Source of the DNA: the human T2T-CHM13v2.0 reference genome, Homo sapiens
Strand: one strand, 5' to 3'
DNA: 64,000 nucleotides
Assembly (NCBI RefSeq): GCF_009914755.1
Contig: NC_060933.1
The notes beneath the pieces were generated by a model that saw nothing but the letters and a program-made list of their open reading frames with translations, searched no databases and had not been told where the DNA came from. A program made the position numbers and the translations under genes. Positions 14,301 through 28,100 of this stretch are shown one piece after another (the stretch's first letter is position 1; each line of letters starts with the position of its first letter).

Positions 14301-15343
14301 ATTCCATTGCTATCCGGTTGATTCCATTCCATTCCATTGCATTCCATTCCATTCCATTCCATTCCGTATGATTCCATTCCATTGCATTCCATTCCATTCC
14401 ATTCCCCTGCACTCGGGTGGATTCCATTCTATTCCATTCCATTCCATTCCATTCCATTCCATTCCATTCCATTCTATTCGGGTTAATATCATTCCATTCC
14501 ATTCCATTCCCTTCCATTGCATTCCATTCCATTTCATTCCATTCCATTCAAATCGAGTTGATTCCATTCCATTCCATTCCATTCCATTCCATTCCATTCC
14601 ATTCCATTCCATTCCATTCCATTCTATTCGGGTTAATTCCATTCCATTCCATTCCATTCCATTCCCTTCCATTCCATTCTATTCCATTCCATTCCATTCC
14701 ATTCCATTCTAGTAGGGTTAATTCCATTCCATTCCATTCCATTCCATTCCATTCCATTCCATTCCATTCCTTTCCATTCCATTGCAATCGAGTTGATTCC
14801 ATTCCATTCCATTCCGTTCCATTCCATTCCATTCCATTCAATTCCATTGAACTCGGGTTGATTCCATTCCATTCCATGCCATTCCATTTCATTCCATTCC
14901 ATTCCATTCCATTCCATTCCATTCCATTCCTTTCCATTCCTTTCCGTTCCATTCAATTACATTCGGATTGATTGATTGATTCTATTGATTCTATTCAATT
15001 CCCTTACACTCCAATACATTCTATTCCATTCGTGTTGTTTCCATTCTATTCCATTCCATTCCACTCCATTCCATTGCACTCTGGTTGATTCCATTCCATT
15101 CCCTTCCATTCCGTATGACTCCATTCCATTTCATTCCATTGCTTTGCTTTCCCCTGCACTCGAGTTGATTACATTCCATTCCCTTCCTTTACGTTCCATT
15201 CCATTCTATTCGGGTTAATTCCATTCCATTCCATTACATTCCATTCCCTTCCATTCCATTCCATTCCATTCCATTCCATTCCATTCGATTCTATTCGGGT
15301 TAATTCCATTCCATTCCATTCCATTCCATTCCATTCCATTCCA
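11393..15343 (+). repeat. Left-type higher-order unit 3 (3951 bp, canonical form)
   Basis: Complete unit with both internal blocks and no insert. Near-identical to the flanks of unit 1. Confidence 0.9.
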
Positions 15344-18300
15344 TTGCAATCGAGTTGATTCCATTCCATTCCATTCCATTCCATTCCAATCCATTCCGGA
15401 TGATTCCATTCCATTGCCTTTCATTCCATTCCATTACCATGCACTCGGGTTGTTTCCATTCCATTCCATTCCATTCCATTCCATTCCATTTCATTGCGCA
15501 CGGGTTCATTCCATTCCATTCCATTCCATTCCGTTCCATTCCATTCCGTTCCATTCCATTCCATTCCATTCTGTTCAGGTTAATTCCATTCTATTCCTTT
15601 CCCTTCCATTCCATTCCATTCCATCCCATTGCAATCGAGTTCATTCCATTGCATTCCATTCCATTACATTCCATTGCATTCCATTCCATTCCATTCCCCT
15701 GCACTCAGGTTGATTCCATTCGATTCCATTCCATTCCATTCCATTCCATTCCGTTCCATTCCATTCCATTCCATTCTATTCGCGTTAATTGCATTCCATT
15801 CCATTCCATCACATTCCATTGCAATCGAGTTGATTCCATTCCATTCCGTTCCATTCCATTCCATTCCATTCCATTTCGTTCCATTCCATTCTATTCCGTA
15901 CCATTCCATTCCATTCCATTCCATTCCATTCCATTCCATTCCATTCCATTCCATGCCATTCCACTCGGGTTTATTCCATTCCTTTCCATTCCATTCGGGT
16001 TGAATCCATTCCATTCCATTCCATTCCATTCGATTCCATTACATTGCACTCGGGTTGATTCCATTCCATTCCATTCCTTTACATTTCATTCCATTCCACT
16101 CCATTCCATGCCATTCCACGCGGATTTATTCCATTCCTTTCCATTCCATTCGTGTTGAATCCATTCCATTCCATTCCATTCCATTCGATTCCATTACACT
16201 GCACTCGGGTTGATTCCATTCCATTCCATTCCATTACATTTCATTCCATTCCATTCCTTTCCATTCCTTTCCATTCCATTCCATTCCATTCCATTCCATT
16301 CCATGCCATTCCACTCGTGTTGATTCCATTCCTTTCCATTCCATTCGAGTTGAACCCATTCCATTCCATTCCGTTCCATTCCATTCCATTCCATTCTGTT
16401 CAGGTTAATTCCTTTCTATTCCTTTCCCTTCCATTCCATTCCATTCCATCCCATTGCAATCGAGTTAATTCCATTGCATTCCATTCCATTACATTCCATT
16501 GCATTCCATTCCATTCCATTCCCCTGCACTCAGGTTGATTCCATTCGATTCCATTCCATTCCATTCCATTCCATTCCGTTCCATTCCATTCCATTCCATT
16601 CTATTCGCGATAATTGCATTCCATTCCATTCCATTACATTCCATTGCAATCGAGTTGATTCCATTCCATTCCGTTCCATTCCATTCCATTCCATTCCATT
16701 TCGTTCCCTTCCATTCTATTCCGTACCATTCCATTCCATTCCATTCCAATCCATTCCATTCCATTCCATTCCATTCCATTCCATGCCATTCCACTCGGGT
16801 TGATTCCATTGCTTTCCATTCCATTTGGGTTGAATCCATTCCATTCCATTCCATTCCATTCCATTCCATTGCACTAGGTTTGATTCCATTGCACTGCATT
16901 CCATTCCATTCCATTCCATTCCATTCCGTTCCATTCCATTCCATTACATTCGGATTGATTGTATTCAATTCCCTTACACTCCATTTCATTCCATTCCATT
17001 CGGGTTGTTTCCATGTCATTCCCTTCCATTCCACTCCATTCCATTGCACTCGGGTTGATTCCATTCCATTCCATTCCATTCTATTCCATTTCGTTCCATT
17101 CCATTCTATTCGGTACCATTCCATTCCATTCCATTCCATTCCATTCCATTCCATTCCATGCCATTCCACTTGGGTTGATTCCCTTCCTTTCCATTCCATT
17201 CGGGTTGAATCCATTCCATTCCATTTCATTCCATTCCATTCCATTCCATTCCTTTCCATTCCATTGCACACGGGTTGATTCCATTCCATTCCTTTCTGTT
17301 CCATTCCGGATGACTCCATTCCATTGCATTCCATTCCATTCCATTCCCCTGCACTCGGGTTCATTACATTCCATTCCATTTACTTCCATTCCATTCCATT
17401 CCATTCTATTCGGGTTAATTCCATTCCATTCCATTCCATTCCATTCCATTCCATTCCATTCCGTTCCATTCAATTCCATTACATTCGGATTGATTCTTTT
17501 TAATTCCCTTACACTCCATTACATTCTATTCCATTCGGGTAGTTTCCATACTATTCCATTCCATTCCACTGCATTCTATTGCACTCGGGTTGATTGATTC
17601 CATTCCATTGCATTCCATTCCATTCCATTCCATTCCGGATGATTCAATTCCATTGCATTCCATTGCATTCCATTCCCCTGTACTCGGGTTGATCCCATTC
17701 AATTGCATTCCATTCCATTCCATTCCATTCCATTCCATTCCGTTCCGTTCCATTCCATTCCCTTCCATTCTGTTCAGGTTAATTCCATTCCATTCCATTC
17801 CCTTCCATTCCATTCCATTCCATTCCATTCCATTCCATGCCATTCCACTCGGGTTGATTCCATTCCTTTCCATTCCATTCGAGTTGAACCCATTCCATTC
17901 CATTCCATTCCATTCCTCTCCATTCCATTGCACTCGGGTTGATCCCATTCCATTGCATTCCATTCCATTCCATTGCATTCCATTCCGTTCCATTCCATTC
18001 CATTACATTCGTATTGATTCTATTCAATTCCCTTACTCTCCATTACATTCCATTCCATTCGGGTTGTTTCCATTCCATTCCATTCCATTCCACTCCATTC
18101 CATTGCAATCGGATGGATTCCATTCCATTCCATTCCATTCCATTCCGTATGATTCCATTCCATTGCATTCCATTCCATTCCATTCCATTCCCTTGCACTC
18201 GGGTGGATTCCATTCTATTCCATTCCATTCCATTCCACTCTATTCCATTCCATTCCATTCCATTCCATTCCATTCCATTCCATTCCATTCTATTCGGGTT

Positions 18301-18572
18301 AATTTCGTTCCATTCCATTCCATTCCATTCCATTGCATTCCATTCCATTCCATTGAAATCGAGTTGATTCCATTTCATTCCATTCCATTCCATTCCATTG
18401 AAATCGAGTTTATTCCATTTCATTCCATTCCATTCCATTCCATTCCATTCCATTCCATTGCATTCTATTCCGGTTAATTCCATTCCATTCCATTCCATTC
18501 CATTCCCTTCCATTCCATTCCATTCCATTCTATTAGGGTTAATTCCATTCCATTCCATTCCATTACATTCCA
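15344..18572 (+). repeat. Left-type higher-order unit 4 (~3.23 kb, increasingly diverged)
   Basis: Starts like the other units. Has small deletions, diverges after ~17550 and lacks the CTAGTAGGG/GATT-expansion tail. A degenerate unit-start motif recurs at 18573. Confidence 0.7.
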
Positions 18573-20957
18573 TTGCAATCGAGTTGATTCCATTCCATTC
18601 CATTCCATTTCATTCAATTCCGGATGATTGCATTCCATTGCCTTCCATTCCATTCCATTCCCCTGCACTCGGGTTGATTCCATTCCATTCCTTTCCATTC
18701 CATTCCATTCCATTCCATTTCGTTTCATTCCGTTCTATTCCGTACCATTCCATTCCATTCCATTCCATTTCATTCCATTCCATTCCATGCCATTCCACTC
18801 GGGTTGATTCCATTCCTTTCCATTCCATTCGACTTGAATCCATTCCATTCCATTCCATTCCATTCCATTCGATTCCATTACATTGCACACGGGTTCATTC
18901 CATTCCATTCCATTCCATTCCATTCCATTCCATTCCACTCGGGATGATTCCATTCCTTTCCATTCCATTCGGGTTGAAACCATTCCATTCCATTCCATTC
19001 CTTTCGATTCCATTCCATTACACTCGGGTTGATCCCATTCCATTGCATTGCATTCCATTCCATTGCATTCCATTCCGTTCCATTCCATTCCATTACTTTC
19101 GTATTGATTCTATTCAATTCCCTTACACTCCATAACATTCCATTCCATTCGGGTTGTTTCCATTCCATTCCATTCCATTCCACTCCATTCCATTGCAATC
19201 GGGTTGATTCCATTCCATTCCATTCCATTCCATTCCATTCCGTTGCATTCCATTCCATTCCATTCTGTTCAGGTTAATTCCATTCCATTCCATTCCCTTC
19301 CATTCCATTCCATTCCATTCCATTCCATCCCATTGCAATCGAGTTGATTCCATTGCATTCCATTCCATTCCATTCCATTCCATTGCATTCCATTCCATTA
19401 CATTCCATTCCATTGCATTCCATTCCATTACATTCCATTCCATTGCATTCCATTCCATTCCATTCCCCTGCACTCGGATTGATTCCATTCCATCCCATTC
19501 CATTCCATTCCGTTCCATTCCATTCCGTTCCATTCTATTCGCGTTAATTCCATTGCATTCCATTACATTCCATTGCAATCGAGTTGATTCCATTCCATTC
19601 CGTTCCATTCCATTCCATTCCATTCCATTTCGTTCCATTGCATTCTATTCCGTACCATTCCATTCCATTCCATTCCATTCCATTCCATGCCATTCCGCTC
19701 GGTTTGATTCTATTGCTTTCCATTCCATTTGTTTTGAATCCAATCCATTCCATTCCATTCCATTCCATTCCATTCCATTCCATTGCACTAGGTTTGAATC
19801 CATTCCACTGTATTCCATTCCATTCCATTCTGTTCCATTCCATTCCATTACATTCGGATTGATTGTATTCAATTCCTTACACTCCATTGCATTCCATTAC
19901 ATTCGGGTTGTTTCCATTCCATTCCATTCGATTCCATTCCATTCCATGCCATTCCACTCGGGTTGATTCTATTGCTTTCCATTCCATTTGTTTTGAATCC
20001 AATCCATTCCATTCCATTCCATTCCATTCCATTCCATTCCATTGCACTAGGTTTGAATCCATTCCACTGTATTCCATTCCATTCCATTCTGTTCCATTCC
20101 ATTCCATTACATTCGGATTGATTGTATTCAATTCCTTACACTCCATTCCATTCCATTCCATTCGGGTTGTTTCCATTCCATTCCATTCCATTCCATTCCA
20201 TTCCATTCCATTGCACTCAGGTTGATTCCATTCCATTCCATTCCATTCCATTCCATTCCATTCCATTCCATTTCGTTCCATTCCATTCTATTCCGTACCA
20301 TTCCATTCCATTCCATTCCATTCCATTCCCTTCCATTCCATTCCATTCCATTCCATTCCATTCCATTCCATTCTATTCGGGTTAATTCCATTCCATTCCA
20401 TTCCATTCCATTCCATTCCATTCCATTCCACTCCATTCCATGCCATTCCACTCGGGTTTATTCCATTCCTTTCCATTCCATTCGGGTTGAATCCATTCCA
20501 TTCCATTCCATTCCATTCCATTCCATTCCATTCCATGCCATTGCACTCCGGTTGATTCCATTCCTTTCCATTCCATTCGAATTGAACCCATTCCATTCCC
20601 TTCCATTCCATTCCATTCCATTCCATTCCGTTGCTCACGGGTCCATTCCATTCCATTCCATTCCATTCCATTCCATTTCGTTCCATTCCTTTCTACTCCG
20701 TACCATTCCATTCCATTCCATTCCCTTCCATGTCATTTCACTCGGGTTTATTCCATTCCTTTCCATTCCATTCGGGTTGAATCCATTCCATTCCATTCCA
20801 TTCCATTCCATTGCGCTCGGGTTGATTCCATTCCATTCTATGCCATTCCATTTCATTCCGTTCCATTCCATTCCATTACATTCGGATTGATTGTATTCAA
20901 TTCCCTTACACTCCATTACATTCCATTCCATTCGGGTTGTTTCCATTCCATTCCATT
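18573..20957 (+). repeat. Degenerate/rearranged left-type HSat3 next to the inversion
   Basis: Left-type modules in shuffled order with many private substitutions. Contains local 30-bp and 259-bp tandem duplications. Confidence 0.7.
19685..20190 (+). repeat. 259-bp tandem duplication
   Basis: GTTTTGAATCCAATCC at 19731 and 19990. Both copies share private variants (CACTGTATTCC; AATTCCTTAC with a 1-bp deletion). Confidence 0.9.
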
Positions 20958-20970
20958 CCGTGTGCAATGG
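20951..20970. other. Inversion breakpoint (satellite polarity switch)
   Basis: TTCCATT-CCGT-GTGCAATGG: CATTC run joined directly to the CCGTGTGCAATGG motif (reverse complement of CCATTGCACACGG, as at ~1048-1060), with no foreign insert. Confidence 0.95.
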
Positions 20971-23749
20971 AATGGAATGGAATGGAATGGAATGGAATGG
21001 AATGGGTTCAACTAGAATGGAATGGAAAGGAATGGAATCAACCCGAGTGGAATGGCATGGAATGGAATGGAATGAAATGGGATGGAATGGAATGGAATGG
21101 AATGGAATGAAATGGAATGGAAGGGAATGGATTGAAATGGAATGGAATGGAATGGAATCAACCCGAGTGCAATGTAATGGAATTGAATGGAATGGAATGG
21201 AATGAATTCAACCCGAATGGAATGGAAAGGAATGGAATAAACCCGAGTGGAATGGCATGGAATGGAGTGGAATGGAATGGAATGGAATACTACGGAAGAC
21301 AATGGAATGGAACGAAATGGAATGGAATGGAATGGAATGGAATGGAATGAACACGTGAGCAATGGAATGGAATCGAATGCAATAGAATGGAATGGAATGG
21401 ATTCAACTCGAATGGAATGGAAACAAATGGAATCAACCCGAGTGGAATGGCATGGAATGGAATGGAATGGAATGGAATGGAATGGAATGGAATGGAACGG
21501 AATGGAATGGAATGGAATCAACCCGAGTACAGGGGAATGGAATGGAATGGAATGCAATGGAATGGAATCATCCGTAATGGAATGGAAAGGAATGGAATGG
21601 AATGGAATGGAATGGAATGGAATGGAATCGACTCGATTGCAATCGAATGGAATGGAATGGAATTAACCCGAATAGAATGGAATGGAATGGAATGGAACGG
21701 AACGGAACGGAACGGAACGGAATGGAATGGAATGGAATGGAATGGAATGGAATGGAATGGAAACGAAAGGAATGGAATGGAATGGAATGGAATGGAATGG
21801 AATCAACGCGAGTGCAGGGGAATGGAATGGAATGGAATGCAATGGAATGGAATCTTCCGGAATGGAATGGAATGGAATAGAATGGAATGGAATAAACCCC
21901 AGTGCAATGGAATGGAGTGGAATGGAATGGAATGGAATGGAACAACCCGAATGGAATGAAATGTAATGGGGACAAAGGGAGTTGAATAGAATCAATCCGA
22001 ATGTAATGGAATGGAGTGGAACGGAATGGAATTGAATGGAATGGAATGGAATGCAATGGAATGGAATCAACCCGAGTGCAATGGAATGGAGAGAAATGGA
22101 ATGGAATGGAATGGAAACTACCCGAATGGAATGGAACTTAATGGAGTGTAAGGGAATTGAATAGAATCAATCCGAATGTAATAGAATGGAAAGGAACGGA
22201 ATGGAATGGAATGGAATGGAATGGAATGGAATGCAATGGAATGGAATCAACCCGAGTGCAATCGAATGGAATCGAATGGAATGGAATGCAATGGAATGGA
22301 TTCAACTTGAATGGAATGGAAAGAATGGAATCAACAAGAGTGGAAGGGCATGGATTGGAATGCAATCGAATGGAATCAACCCGAGTACAGGGGAATGGAA
22401 TGGAATGGAATGCAATGGAATGGAATCATCCGTAATGGAATGGAAAGGAATGGAATGGAATGGAATGGAATGGAATGGAATGGAACGGAACGGAATGGAA
22501 TGGAATGGAATGGAATGGAATGGAATGGAACGGAACGGAACGGAACGGAACGGAACGGAATGGAATGGAATGGAACGGAACCTAACGGAATGGAATGGAA
22601 TGGAATGGAATGGAATGGAATGGAATGGAATGGAATCAACGCGAGTGCAGGGGAATGGCATGGAATGGAATGCAATGGAATGGAATCTTCCGGAATGGAA
22701 TGCAATGGAATGGAATGAAATGCAATGGATTCAACTAGGTTGCAATGGAATGGAATAGAATGGAATGGAATGGAATGGAATGGGATTAACCCGAATAGAA
22801 TGGAATTGAATGGAATGGAACGGAATGGAACGGAATGGAATGGAATGGAATGGAATGGAATGGAATGGAATGGAATGGAATGGTATGTAATGGAATGGAA
22901 TGGTACGGAATAGAATGGATTGGAACGAATTGTAATGGAATGGAATTGAATGGAAAGTAATGGAATGGAATGGAATCAACGCGAGTGCAGGGGAATGTAA
23001 TGGAACGGAATGCAATGGAATGGAATCATCCGGAATGGAATGGAATGGAATGGAATGGAATGGAATGGAATGGAAACAACCCGACTGCAGGGGAATGGAA
23101 TGGAATGGAATGCAATGGAATGGATTCAACTTGAATGGAATGGAAAGAATGGAATCAACACGAGTGGAATGGCATGGATTGGAATGGAATGGAGTGGAAT
23201 CAACCCGAGTACAGGGGAATGGAATGGAATGGAATGCAATGGAATGGAATCATCCGTAATGGAATGGAAAGGAATGGAATGGAATGGAATGGAATGGAAT
23301 GGAATGGAATGGAATCAACTCGATGGCAATCGAATGGAATGGAATGGAATTAACCCGAATAGAATGGAATGGAATGGAATGGAACGCAACGGAACGGAAT
23401 GGAATGCATTGGAATGGAATGGAATGGAATGGAATGGAACGGAAAAGAATGGAATGGAATGGAATGGAATGGAATGGAATGGAATGGAATGGAATCAACG
23501 CGAGTGCAGGGGAATGGAATGGAATGGAATGCAATGGAATGGAATCTTCCGGAATGGAATGGAATGGAATGGAATAAACCCGAGTGCAATGGAATGGAGT
23601 GGAATGGAATGGAATGGAATGGAAAAACCCGAATGGAATGGAATGTAATGGAGAGTAAGGGAGTTGAATAGAATAAATCCGAATGTAATGGAATGGAATG
23701 GAACGGAATGGAATTGAATGGAATGGAATGGAATGCAATGGAATGGAAT

Positions 23750-25165
23750 CAACCCGAGTTCAATGGAATAGAGAGGAATGGAATGGAATGGAATGGAAAC
23801 TACCCGAATGGAATGGAATATAATGGAGTGTAAGGGAATTGAATAGAATCAATCCAAATGGAATGGAATGTAATGGAGTGTAAGGGAATTGAATAGAATC
23901 AATCCAAATGTAATGGAATGGAATGGAACGGAATGGAATGGAATGGAATGGAATGGAATGGAATGGAATGCAATGGAATGGAATCAACCCGAGTGCAATC
24001 GAATGGAATCGAATGGAATGGAATGCAATGGAATGGATTCAACTTGAATGGAATGGAAAGAATGGAATCAACACGAGTGGAATGGCATGGATTGGAATGG
24101 AATGGAATGGAATCAACCCGAGTACAGGAGAATGGAATGGAATGGAATGCAATGGAATGGAATCATCCGTAATGGAATGGAAAGGAATGGAATGGAATGG
24201 AATGGAATGGAATGGAATGGAATCAACTCGATTGCAATCGAATGGAATGGAATGGAATTAACCCGAATAGAATGGAATGGAATGGAATGGAACAGAACGG
24301 AATGGAATGGAATGGAATGGAATGGAACGGAAAGGAAGGGAATGGAATGGAATAGAATGGAATGGAATGGAATCAACGCGAGTGCAGGGGAATGGAATGG
24401 AATGGAATGCAATGGAATGGAATCTTCCGGAATGGAATGGAATGGAATGGAATGGAATGGAATCAACACGAGTGCAATGGAATGGAGTGGAATGGAATGG
24501 AATGGAATGGAACAACCCGAATGGAATGGAATGTAATGGAGAGTAAGGGAGTTGAATAGAATCAATCCGAATGTAATGGAATGGAATGGAACGGAATGGA
24601 ATGGAACGGAATGGAATGGAATGCAATGGAATCGAATCAACCCGAGTGCAATGGAATGGAGAGGAATGGAATGGAATGGAATGGAAACTACCCGAATGGA
24701 ATGGAATGTAATGGAGTGTAAGGGAATTGAATAGAATCAATCCGAATGTAAAGGAATGGAATGGAACGGAATGGAATGGAATGGAATGGAATGGAATGCA
24801 ATGGAATGGAATCAACCCGAGTGCAATCGAATGGAATAGAATGGAATGGAATGCAATGGAATGGATTCAACTTGAATGGAATGGAAAGAATGGAATCAAC
24901 ACGAGTGGAATGGCATGGATTCGAATGGAATGGAATGGAATCAACCCGAGTACAGGGGAATGGAATGGAATGGAATGCAATGGAATGGAATCATCCGTAA
25001 TGGAATGGAAAGGAATGGAATAGAATGGAATCAACTCGATTTCAATCGAATGGAATGGAATGGAATTAACCCGAATAGAATGGAATGGAATGGAATGGAA
25101 CGGAACGGAATGGAATGGAATGGAATGGAACGGAACGGATGGAATGGAATGGAATGGAATGGAAT
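23750..25165 (-). repeat. ~1.4-kb block duplicated at ~47905-49265 (offset ~24.1 kb)
   Basis: Shared variant order: CGAGTTCAATGGAATAGAGAGG, AATCCAAATG, GTACAGGAG, ATCGAATCAA, GTAAAGG, TCGATTTCAATCG, GGAACGGATGG. ORF offsets are 24110/24100. Confidence 0.85.
23821..23910 (-). repeat. 50-bp local tandem duplication
   Basis: TAATGGAGTGTAAGGGAATTGAATAGAATCAATCCAAATG at 23821 and 23871. Confidence 0.92.
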
Positions 25166-28100
25166 GGAATCGTTCCGAGTGGAATAGGAGGGAATGTATT
25201 CGAGTGCAATGGAAAGGAATGGAATCAACCAGAGTGGAATGGAAGGGAATGGAATGGAATGGAATGGAATGGAATGGAATGCATTGGAATGGAATCAACC
25301 CGAGTGCAATCGAATGTAATCAAATGGAATGGAATACAATGGAATGGATTCAACTTGAATGGAAAGGAAAGAATGGAATCAACACGAGTGGAATGGCATG
25401 GATTGGAATGGAATGGAATGGAATCAACCCGAGTACCGGGGAATGGAATGGAATGGAATGCAATGGAATGGAATCATCAGTAATGGAATGGAAAGGAATG
25501 GAAAGGACTGGAATGGAATGGAATGGAATGGAATGGAATGGAATGGAATGGAATCAACTCGATTGCAATCGAATGGAATGGAATGGAATTAACCCGAATA
25601 GAATGGAATGGAATGGAATGGAACGGAACGGAATGGAATGGAGTGGAATGGAATGGAACGGAAAGGAATGGAATGGAATGGAATGGAAAGGAATGGAATG
25701 GAAAGGAATCAACGCGAGTGCAGGGGAATGGAATGGAATCGAATGGAATGGAAAGGAATGGAATGGAATCAACCCGAGTGCAGGGGAACGTAATGGAACG
25801 GAATGCAATGGAATGGAATCATCCGGAAAGGAATGGAATGGAATGGAATGGAATCAACCCGAGTGCAATGGAATGGAGTGGAATGGAAAGGAATGGAATG
25901 GAACAACCCGAATGGAATGGAATGTAATGGAGAGTAAGGGAGTTGAAAAGAATCAATCCGAATGTAATGGAATGGAATGGAACGGAATGGAATGGAATGG
26001 AATGGAATGGAATGGAATGCAATGGAATGGAATCAACCCGAGTACAATGGAATGGAATGGAATGGAATGGAATGGAATGGGATGGAATGGAATGCAATGG
26101 AATGGAATCTTCCGGAATTGAATGGAATGGAATGGAATGGAATGGAATGCAATGGATTCAACTCGATTGCAATGGAATGGAATAGAATTGAATGGAATGG
26201 AATGGAATGGAATTAAACTGAATAGAATGGAATGGAATGGAATGGAACGGAACAGAACGGAACGGAACGGAACGGAGTGGAATGGAATGGAATGGAATTG
26301 TATGGAATGGAATGGAATGGTACGGAATAGAATGGAATGGAAAAAATTGGAATGGAATGGAATCGAATGGAATGGAATGGAATGGAATGGAATCAACCCG
26401 AGTGCAGGGGAATGTAATGGAACGGAATGCAATGGAATGGAATCATCCGGAATGGAATGGAATGGAATGGAATGGAATGGAATGGAATGGAATGGAATCA
26501 ACCCGAGCGCAATGGAATTGAGTGGAATGGAATGGAATGGAATGGAACAACCCGAATGGAATGCAATGTAATGGAGAGTAAGGGAGTTGAATAGAATCAA
26601 TCCGAATGTAATGGAATGGAACGGAATGGAATGGAATGGAATGGAATGGAATGGAATGGAATGCAATGGAATGGAATCAACCCGAGTACAATGGAACGGA
26701 ATGGAATGGAATGTAATGTAATGGAATGGAATGGAATGGAATGGAATGGAATCAACCCGAGTGCAATGGAATGGAGAGGAATGGAATGGAATGGAATGGA
26801 TACTACCCGAATAGAATGGAATGTAATGGAGTGTAAGGGAATTGAATAGAATCAATCCGAATGGAATGGAATGGAATGGAACGGAATGTAATGGAATGGA
26901 ATGGAATGGAATCAACCCGAGTGCAGGGGAATGGAATGGAATGGAATGCAATGGAATGGAATCATCCGGAATGGAATGGAATGGAATGCAATGGAATGGA
27001 ATGGAATGGAATCAACCCGAGTGCAATGGAATGGAGTGAAATGGAATGGAATGGAATGGAGACAACCAGAATGGATTGGAATATAATGGAGTGTAAGGGA
27101 ATTGAATAGAATCAATCTGAATGTAATGAAATGGAATGGAACGGAATGGAATGGAATGGAATGGAATGCAATGGAATGGAATCAACCCGAGTGCAATCGA
27201 ATGGAATCCAATGGAATGGAATGCAATGGAATGGATTCAACTTGAATGGAATGGAAAGAATGGAATCAACAAGAGTGGAATGGCATGGATTGGAATGGAA
27301 TGGAATGGAATCAACCCGAGTATAGGGGAATGGAATGGAATGGAATGCAATGGAATGGAATCATCCGTAATGGAATGGAAAGGAATGGAAAGGAATGGAA
27401 TGGAATGGAATGGAATGGAATGGAATGGAATGGAATGGAATGGAATCAACTCGATTGCAATCGAATGGAATGGAATGGAATTAACCCGAATAGAATGGAA
27501 TGGAATGGAATGGAACGGAACGGAATGGAATGGAATGGAATGGAACGGAAAGGAAGGGAATGGAATGGAATAGAATGGAATGGAATGGAATCAACGCGAG
27601 TGCAGGGGAATGGAATGGAATGGAATGCAATGGAATGGAATCTTCCGGAATGGAATGGAATGGAATGGAATGGAATGGAATGGAATGGAATGGAATCAAC
27701 CCGAGTGCAATGGAATGGAGTGGAATGGAATGGAATGGAATGGAACAAATCAAATGGAATGGAATGTAATGGAGAGTAAGGGAGTTGAATAGAATCAATC
27801 CGAATGTAATGGAATGGAATGGAACGGAATGGATTTGAATGGAATGGAATTGAATGGAATGGAATGGAATCAACCCGAGTGCAATGGAATGGAGAGGAAT
27901 GGAATGGAATGGAATGGAAACTACCCGAATGGAATGGAATGTAATGGAGTGTAAAGGAATTGAATAGAATTATTCCGAATGTAATGGAATGGAATGGCAC
28001 GGAATGGAATGGAATGGAATGGAATGCAATGGAATGGAATCAACCCGAGTGCAATCGAATGGAATCGAATGGAATGGAATGCAATGGAATGGATTCAACT

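Larger units (their letters stand above)
1..20959 (+). repeat. HSat3 arm with CATTC on + strand
   Basis: (CATTC)n on + strand up to ...TTCCATTCC at 20959. Confidence 0.98.

Noticed and set aside
20891-21205. Chimeric IPFHS-to-MEWNG ORF spanning the junction
   Set aside because: By-product of the inversion.
20400-21500. Fold-back sequencing chimera as the cause of the strand switch
   Set aside because: The arms are not exact reverse complements: they differ by many substitutions and in module content, and diverge in subtype within 0.5 kb. Read-level confirmation is still advisable.
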